From NCBI GenBank assembly GCA_026196575.1, contig JAPHSX010000038.1, positions 2,860 to 66,859 on the forward strand: a DNA stretch of 64,000 nt, read 5' to 3'. The translations under genes were made by a program, and so were the position numbers. The notes under the pieces were generated by a model. That model did no database searches. It was not told where the DNA came from and worked only from the letters and a program-made list of their open reading frames with translations. Positions 58,459 to 64,000 of the stretch are shown here, piece after piece; within the stretch, counting starts at the first letter, position 1; every line of letters starts with the position of its first letter. The stretch comes from Gammaproteobacteria bacterium (GTDB lineage Bacteria; Pseudomonadota; Gammaproteobacteria; Thiohalomonadales; Thiohalomonadaceae).

Positions 58459-61400
58459 ATGATAAAACCGATTTTCGCCCCCGCGAACGCCCTGTTGCGC
58501 CGCATGGGCTACACCGGAAAGTTCACGCTGTTGTGGCTGCTCTCCATGGCGGCGCTTACCGTGGTGGTCTACAGCCTGTTTATCAGCCTTGAGCGGATCA
58601 TTCAGCCCTCGCAGCGGGAGCTGGAGGGTATTGTCCTTATCGAGCCTGTCGCCAGAACCATCCAGGCCACGCAGTTGCACCGCGGCATGGCCGCTGCGGC
58701 GTATGGTGGTGACGAGGGCCTGCGGGCGCGGCAGGCGGCGCAGACCTCTGTGGTCGCTGCCACCTTCAGGGCGATGGAGAAAAAACTCCCCCCCGGCCTG
58801 ACCTCCACCCCTCACTTTCGCCAGATAGAGGCCGCCTGGGAGCGGCTGCGGCAACACGGCACGGAGTGGGGGATGGAGGACAATTTTGCCGCGCACACCG
58901 ACCTTATCCGCCAGCTGCAGTCATTCAAGGTCGCCGTCGCCGACGACTATCTGCTGATCCTGGACCCGGAGATAGCCTCCTACTATCTGCTCTACACCAC
59001 CATCAACACGCTGCCGCATGCGCTGGAGCACCTTGGGCAGATCCGTGCCTATGGCTCCGGCGTCCTTGCCAGCAGAGAGCTCTCTGACCGGCAACGTCTG
59101 CAGCTGCATACGCAGATGGCCGAGCTCGACTCCACACTCAATGAGCTGCAAGAGGACCTGGCGAAAACCGCCCGCCACAATGCCGCCATCGGTGACTCGC
59201 TGCGCAGCACGCTTGCCGAGATCAACCGCTCGGCACAGCGTATCACCGTCCTGGTGAAAGGTGACTTGCTGACCGGCCGTCTGACAACGCCGGCGGAGCT
59301 CTTTCTGGAGATGGCCACGGCGGAGATTGATAACGGCTACAGACAAATGGTCGATATCCTGCTGCCGACGGCCGGGGCGCTCATCGAGCAGCGTATCACC
59401 CGTGCCAGAAACACGCTGTATAAAAACAGCGGCCTTGCGCTGCTGGCACTTCTCGTGGTGGTCTATTTCACCGTCAGCATTTACCACGGCATCATCAACA
59501 ACATCCACCTGCTGGCGCAAGCCGCCCGCGCCTTTGCCAGTGGTGAACTGGCCACGCGGGCCCGTCTCCATACACATGATGAACTCAGCGTGGTTGCCGA
59601 TAGTTTTAACGAGATGGCCGACGGCTTTACGGCCATGCTGGCGGCACGCCGACATGCCGAAGAGCTACTGCTGAAGGAGGCGCACAAAAACAAGACGCTG
59701 CTGCGTGCTGCCAGTGATGGTATTCATATCCTCGATCTGGAGGGTAATGTGCTGCAGGTGAATGATGCCTTTTGCCAGATGCTTGGCTACACCGCGCAGC
59801 AGCTGGAGGGCATGAATGTCGCGGAATTCGATGCGCAGTGGGACGCGGCGCAGATTAGAGAGAATATCAAGCGACTGGGTGACAGTGCGGTCACGCTTGA
59901 AACCCGGCACTGTCGCCATGACGGCAGCATCATCGATGTGGATGTCAGTATCGTAAAGGTCGATGTGGATGGCGAGACCCTGATCTACTGCTCATCGCGC
60001 GATGTCACCGAGCGCAAACGGGCAGTGCGGGCGCTGACCGAAAATCAGCAAAAGCTGAACGCCGTGATCGAGACGGCGCTGGATGCCGTGGTGCAGATGA
60101 GTGCCACAGGGGTCATTAGTGGCTGGAATACCCAGGCGGAAAAGATTTTTGGCTGGCCCCGCGAGCAGATAGTGGGGCGGACCCTGAGTGAAACCATCAT
60201 CCCCCCCCAGTACCGCGCCGCGCATGCGCAGGGGCTGAAGCGTTTTCTGGCATCGGGCGAGGGCTATGTGCTGAGTTCCCGCGTTGAACTGGTGGGGTTG
60301 CATCGCGACGGCCACGAATTTCCCGTCGAACTCTCCATCACCGCGGTCAATACCGCTGGCGAGTACGAATTCAACGGCTTCATCCGCGACATTAGCGCGC
60401 AGAAGCGATCCGAGCAGTTGATCTGGAATCAGGCCAACTTCGATAGCCTGACCGGTCTGCCCAATCGCAACATGTTCCATGACCGCCTGGCGCAGAATAT
60501 CAGAAAGGCGCAGCGCACCGGCCTGAAAACGGCACTGCTGATTATTGATCTCGACAAGTTCAAGGAGGTCAACGATACACTGGGTCATGGCATGGGCGAT
60601 CTCCTGCTGCAGGAGGCGGCAAGGCGGATCTGTGCCAGTGTGCGCCAGTCCGATACCGTGGCGCGCCTGGGCGGTGATGAGTTCACCGTGATTCTGGGTG
60701 AGCTTGAGGATGTCGGCCGCATCGAGCGGGTGGCCGAGACGATTCTGCACAATCTGACCGAACCGTTCCGCCTGGGAGACGAGGTGGCCTATGTCTCGGC
60801 CAGTATTGGTATCACCCTGCACCCCGACGACACCAGCGAGGTGGATGACCTGCTGAAGAATGCGGATCAGGCGATGTATGCCGCAAAGAATGAGGGGCGC
60901 AACCGTTTCAGTTATTTCACGCTATCCATGCAGCAGGCGGCGCAAGTGCGGTTGCGCCTGACCAACGAATTGCGCGGCGCGCTGGCCGCCAGCCAGTTCA
61001 CCCTTCAATACCAGCCCATCGTGGAGCTGGCTACCGGCCGCATCACCAAGGCGGAGGCACTGCTCCGCTGGCAACATCCGCAGATGGGCATCGTCAGTCC
61101 GGCGCAATTTATTCCGCTGGCCGAGGAGACCGGCTTGATTGTCGGCATTGGCGACTGGGTGTTCCGCGAGGCGACGCGCCAGGTCGAACAGTGGAACTCT
61201 CTTTATAACGCCGATCTTCAGATTAGCGTCAACGTATCGCCCGTACAGCTCAGTCGGGCCTTCGGCAGCCCGTACCAGGCCTGGTTTGACTATTTGCGGG
61301 AGCTGGGATTGCCGGGAGAGAATGTGGTTATCGAGATCACCGAGGGGCTGCTGCTGGATGCCGACCCCGAGGTGACCGGCAAACTGCTGGAGTTTCGTGA

Positions 61401-61740
61401 CGCCGGTATCCAGGCGGCGATCGACGATTTTGGCACCGGTTACTCGTCGCTCTCCTACCTGAAAAAATTCGACATCGACTATCTGAAGATCGACCAGTCG
61501 TTTGTGCGGAATCTGGTGAGCGATGCGAACGATATGGCCCTCTCCGAGGCCATCATCGTCATGGCGCACAAACTCGGCCTGAAGGTGATCGCCGAAGGGG
61601 TAGAGACGGAGGCCCAGCGGCAACTGCTGGCCGCGGCGGATTGCGACTATGTGCAAGGGTACCTGCTATCCAGGCCGGTGTCGGCCGATGAGTTTACACA
61701 GTTGCTAAAGACGCAGGCAGGCGGCGGGCCATTACGGTAG
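58459..61740 (+). CDS. Membrane sensor protein: periplasmic (NIT-like?) domain, HAMP, 2 x PAS, GGDEF, EAL
   Basis: 1093 aa. TM, an about 300-aa extracytoplasmic domain, TM, HAMP (DELSVVADSFNEMADGF), two PAS, GGDEF (RLGGDEFTVIL) and EAL (EALLRWQHP...DDFGTGYSSL). Confidence 0.92.
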   Translation: MIKPIFAPANALLRRMGYTGKFTLLWLLSMAALTVVVYSLFISLERIIQPSQRELEGIVLIEPVARTIQATQLHRGMAAAAYGGDEGLRARQAAQTSVVAATFRAMEKKLPPGLTSTPHFRQIEAAWERLRQHGTEWGMEDNFAAHTDLIRQLQSFKVAVADDYLLILDPEIASYYLLYTTINTLPHALEHLGQIRAYGSGVLASRELSDRQRLQLHTQMAELDSTLNELQEDLAKTARHNAAIGDSLRSTLAEINRSAQRITVLVKGDLLTGRLTTPAELFLEMATAEIDNGYRQMVDILLPTAGALIEQRITRARNTLYKNSGLALLALLVVVYFTVSIYHGIINNIHLLAQAARAFASGELATRARLHTHDELSVVADSFNEMADGFTAMLAARRHAEELLLKEAHKNKTLLRAASDGIHILDLEGNVLQVNDAFCQMLGYTAQQLEGMNVAEFDAQWDAAQIRENIKRLGDSAVTLETRHCRHDGSIIDVDVSIVKVDVDGETLIYCSSRDVTERKRAVRALTENQQKLNAVIETALDAVVQMSATGVISGWNTQAEKIFGWPREQIVGRTLSETIIPPQYRAAHAQGLKRFLASGEGYVLSSRVELVGLHRDGHEFPVELSITAVNTAGEYEFNGFIRDISAQKRSEQLIWNQANFDSLTGLPNRNMFHDRLAQNIRKAQRTGLKTALLIIDLDKFKEVNDTLGHGMGDLLLQEAARRICASVRQSDTVARLGGDEFTVILGELEDVGRIERVAETILHNLTEPFRLGDEVAYVSASIGITLHPDDTSEVDDLLKNADQAMYAAKNEGRNRFSYFTLSMQQAAQVRLRLTNELRGALAASQFTLQYQPIVELATGRITKAEALLRWQHPQMGIVSPAQFIPLAEETGLIVGIGDWVFREATRQVEQWNSLYNADLQISVNVSPVQLSRAFGSPYQAWFDYLRELGLPGENVVIEITEGLLLDADPEVTGKLLEFRDAGIQAAIDDFGTGYSSLSYLKKFDIDYLKIDQSFVRNLVSDANDMALSEAIIVMAHKLGLKVIAEGVETEAQRQLLAAADCDYVQGYLLSRPVSADEFTQLLKTQAGGGPLR

Positions 61741-61775
61741 CCGTCTGCCGTCGGGGGAAGGGGCTGAATGAGATG

Positions 61776-61806
61776 AAAAAGGCCTACACCGTTAATGATG
61801 TAAGCC
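61776..61806 (-). terminator. Intrinsic terminator belonging to the truncated tRNA gene
   Basis: Minus strand: GGCTTACA-tcattaacgg-TGTAGGCC followed by TTTTT, 10 nt after the tRNA CCA end. Confidence 0.5.
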
Positions 61807-61816
61807 CTTGATTTGA

Positions 61817-61861
61817 TGGTGGGCCCACCTGGACTCGAACCAGGGACCAAGGGATTATGAG
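61817..61861 (-). pseudogene. 3' 45 nt of a CAU-anticodon tRNA (Met-type anticodon; ileX/tRNA-Ile2-like by recollection): att-site remnant
   Basis: Minus strand: CTCATAA-TCCCT-TGGTC-CCTGG-TTCGAGT-CCAGG-TGGGCCC-A-CCA (anticodon loop to CCA). The sequence 5' of the loop (GTTTTTT...) cannot form the anticodon stem, D arm or acceptor stem. Confidence 0.8.
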
Positions 61862-61885
61862 AAAAAACGTTCCAGTTTTTATGTC

Positions 61886-62012
61886 GTCTACATTTATTTG
61901 AATCTATTTTAAACTCCTTTACAAACATGGTGTTATTGCTATGTAATTCGTCCCATGGTTTTCGATTCTATATGATGTTTTTTTAATTTACGCGTCTACA
62001 TAGTGTCTACAT
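61886..62012 (+). repeat. Three direct GTCTACAT repeats (candidate integrase arm-type sites)
   Basis: GTCTACAT at 61886-61893, 61994-62001 and 62005-62012, between the tRNA break and the int start codon. Confidence 0.45.
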
Positions 62013-62042
62013 ATCGGAGCAGGGGACTGTTGAGGGGACTAA

Positions 62043-63266
62043 GTGAAGCTCACGAAATTAACTATCGACAAGATAGCTCTTCCAGAGAAGGGGCAGGTCT
62101 TTTATCGCGACGAACTCGTGAAGGGGTTTGCTCTTAGGGTCACCTCTGGTGGGGCTAAATCCTTTATCATCGAGAAGCGCATCAACGGACGGGTTAAGCG
62201 TAAAACCCTAGGGCGATTTGGAGAACTGACTGTTGAACAAGGGCGTTCACTGGCCCAAAAGTTCCTCGGTGAGGTTGCTTCAGGCCGAGATCCCATTACC
62301 GAAAAAAAAGAGGCCCAAGCAAAGGGGGTGACCCTTAAGGAAGCTTTTGATCTTTATCTGAAGGTACGCGCAGGGCTCAAGACGAGCACTGTGAAGGATT
62401 ATCAACGGCTAATGAAGGAGATCTTCGGGGATTGGCATAACCGGGAGTTGCGCAACATCACCAAGGATATGATCCAAAAGCGACACCAAGAGTACGGTAA
62501 GCGCTCTCATGCGCGCGCCAACAATGCCATGCGGTTACTCAAGGCGATCTTTAACTTTGCCCGTGGCCAGTATGAAGATGCTCAAGGCCGTTCCCTCTTT
62601 CCTGAAAACCCCGTAGACCGTCTGAGTCATGTGAAGGGTTGGTTCAGGGTCGAACGCCGCCGAACTCTTATTAAGAAATCAGAGCTTCCTGCATGGTTTG
62701 AGGGGGTGAAGCAACTCAGAACAGAGGGAGATCCCACCTCGTCGACCATAGCAGACTATCTGGTGACGTTGCTACTGACTGGGCTCAGACGCTCCGAAGG
62801 AATGAATTTACAGTGGGAGGATGTCGACTTCACCGATCGGACCCTAACCATACACGACACAAAAAACCGTGAGCCCCTAATCCTCCCCTTGTCGAACTAT
62901 CTATATGGGCTGTTAAAGAGTCGAAAGGAGGATATGGAAGTAGGTGATGAGGAGCATAAAAGCAGCTATGTCTTCCCCGGTAGTACAGGGGGGCTGATCA
63001 TCGAACCTCGAAAACAACTATTTAAGGTCATTGAGTGGTCTGGAGTACAGTTCACTATACATGATCTTAGGCGAACCTTTATCACAGTTGCTGAGAGCCT
63101 TGATCTCAGCCATTACGCAATCAAACACTTGGTGAACCACAAAATTCCAGGAGATGTAACTGCTGGATATATCATTATGGATCCCGAGCGCCTACGTGAC
63201 TCAATGGAGAAGATAACTACAATGATTCTCCAGTCGGGGAATGTAATTAACCATAAATCTCATTAA
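62043..63266 (+). CDS. int: Tyrosine-type site-specific integrase (P4-like, with N-terminal arm-binding type domain)
   Basis: GTG start. N-terminus KGFALRVTSGGAKSFII.KRINGRVKR.TLG is DUF4102-like. Catalytic candidates LLLTGLRRSEG (Arg), HDLRRTF (His-x-x-Arg), VNHK and GYII (Tyr). Confidence 0.92.
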   Translation: MKLTKLTIDKIALPEKGQVFYRDELVKGFALRVTSGGAKSFIIEKRINGRVKRKTLGRFGELTVEQGRSLAQKFLGEVASGRDPITEKKEAQAKGVTLKEAFDLYLKVRAGLKTSTVKDYQRLMKEIFGDWHNRELRNITKDMIQKRHQEYGKRSHARANNAMRLLKAIFNFARGQYEDAQGRSLFPENPVDRLSHVKGWFRVERRRTLIKKSELPAWFEGVKQLRTEGDPTSSTIADYLVTLLLTGLRRSEGMNLQWEDVDFTDRTLTIHDTKNREPLILPLSNYLYGLLKSRKEDMEVGDEEHKSSYVFPGSTGGLIIEPRKQLFKVIEWSGVQFTIHDLRRTFITVAESLDLSHYAIKHLVNHKIPGDVTAGYIIMDPERLRDSMEKITTMILQSGNVINHKSH

Positions 63267-63389
63267 TTTATTTCCTTGTAAATTAATGGGTTAGAAATTA
63301 CTTTTTTCAACTTATGACAAATTCCCAAAAATAAATTTACTCAATTCATACGATGTTGGCTCCTTGTAATCAATCAAGCAGGAGCTGTC

Positions 63390-63611
63390 ATGAGCAATAA
63401 GAAGTTTACAACGAAGCAAGCCGCGGAGTATCTCGGTGTATCAACAGCGTTTTTGGAGCGCGACAGGTGGGCTGGCGCCCGTATTCCATTTTGTAAGTAT
63501 GCAGAGGGAAGGTCTGGAAAGGTCACATATTTGAAAAGTGACCTGGATGAGTTCATTGAGAATAGTAAGAGGAGTTCGACATCTGAGGTAAAAGGAGGTT
63601 CGACATGTTAA
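63390..63611 (+). CDS. AlpA/excisionase-family helix-turn-helix protein
   Basis: 73 aa. FTTKQAAEYLGVSTAFLERDRWAG.RIPF.KY......V.YLKSDLDEFI is typical of the HTH_17/AlpA-like small regulators found next to island integrases. Confidence 0.8.
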   Translation: MSNKKFTTKQAAEYLGVSTAFLERDRWAGARIPFCKYAEGRSGKVTYLKSDLDEFIENSKRSSTSEVKGGSTC

Positions 63612-64000
63612 TAGGCATACTCAGGCTATTCACCCAGTTTATTAGCAAATTATCGTATGGTTTGCTTGGACGCTCTAAACATAACCAGGTCCCTCAGTAT
63701 AGGAATGCCGTTTCTTTGAATGCGGATGGAAAGCATGACTTACAGGAGAACTTTGAAACTTTAACAAAACGACAGAGTACACAAGATAGGTTTAGTTTTG
63801 ATCATATCGTTGATGTACTAAGGAATTATTCACCTCCTGAGTATCTTGTTTTTCCATTCTTACTTAAAGGGACAATTAATACCCTATTCGGTAAGGGGGG
63901 AGTTGGAAAGTCATTTATATTGATAGATCTCGCTATGTGTGTTGCCACTGGCACTAGATTTCATGGTCGTGAAGTGCGCAAAGGAGGCGTATTCTATATA
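63605..64000 (+). CDS. RepA-like AAA ATPase (AAA_25-type), 5' part only; runs off the window
   Basis: ATG 63605 overlaps the AlpA-like stop (ATGTTAA). Frame is open to base 64000. Walker A FGKGGVGKSFILIDLA follows a PPEYLVFPFLLKG block. Confidence 0.7.
   Translation, partial: MLIGILRLFTQFISKLSYGLLGRSKHNQVPQYRNAVSLNADGKHDLQENFETLTKRQSTQDRFSFDHIVDVLRNYSPPEYLVFPFLLKGTINTLFGKGGVGKSFILIDLAMCVATGTRFHGREVRKGGVFYI

Larger units (their letters stand above)
61862..64000. mobile_element. Left end of an integrative genomic island or satellite-like element (continues beyond the window)
   Basis: Abrupt shift to AT-rich composition exactly at the tRNA break. Contains int, an AlpA-like gene and a RepA-like ATPase gene in one direction. 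Confidence 0.75.

Overview
GC-rich chromosome segment with gammaproteobacterial gene order; GC content was judged by eye, not computed. Nearly all of it is core genes on both strands.

Main content, left to right:
- lysA-lptM divergent from cyaY, then metH, rsmD and an M16 peptidase pair.
- ftsY-ftsE-ftsX, a REC-REC-GGDEF regulator, rpoH and tRNA-Arg(CCG).
- rdgC, rlmG, engB, cytochromes c5 and c4, ccsBA and dsbA.
- A complete respiratory nitrate module: narXL divergent from narK1-narK2-narGHJI.
- A monohaem cytochrome c, a cysteine-less DsrC/TusE paralogue, rmuC and a large sensor GGDEF-EAL protein.

Five c-di-GMP turnover genes are spread through the window. From about 61.86 kb the DNA is visibly AT-richer. 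There an integrative element (tyrosine integrase, AlpA-like protein, RepA-like AAA ATPase running off the window) sits in a CAU-anticodon tRNA, of which only the 3' 45 nt remain.

I found no CRISPR array, no rRNA, and no complete defence, secretion or biosynthetic cluster that I can name. I could not identify a clearly novel multi-gene system.

Most worth a second look:
1. The island boundary; its cargo lies outside the window.
2. A tpm-rubredoxin-HD-GYP unit. The rubredoxin is below the ORF-track size cutoff.
3. The cytochrome c plus Cys-less DsrC-like pair appended to narGHJI.
4. Two heptanucleotide tandem arrays forming a long imperfect palindrome upstream of rmuC.
5. Two inverted-repeat-bounded, MITE-like elements.
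6. A duplicated 5' half of tRNA-Arg in an AT-rich patch.

All calls come from reading translations and motifs by eye. No searches or folding programs were run. Family names rest on recollection, and hand-derived coordinates may be off by a few nt.
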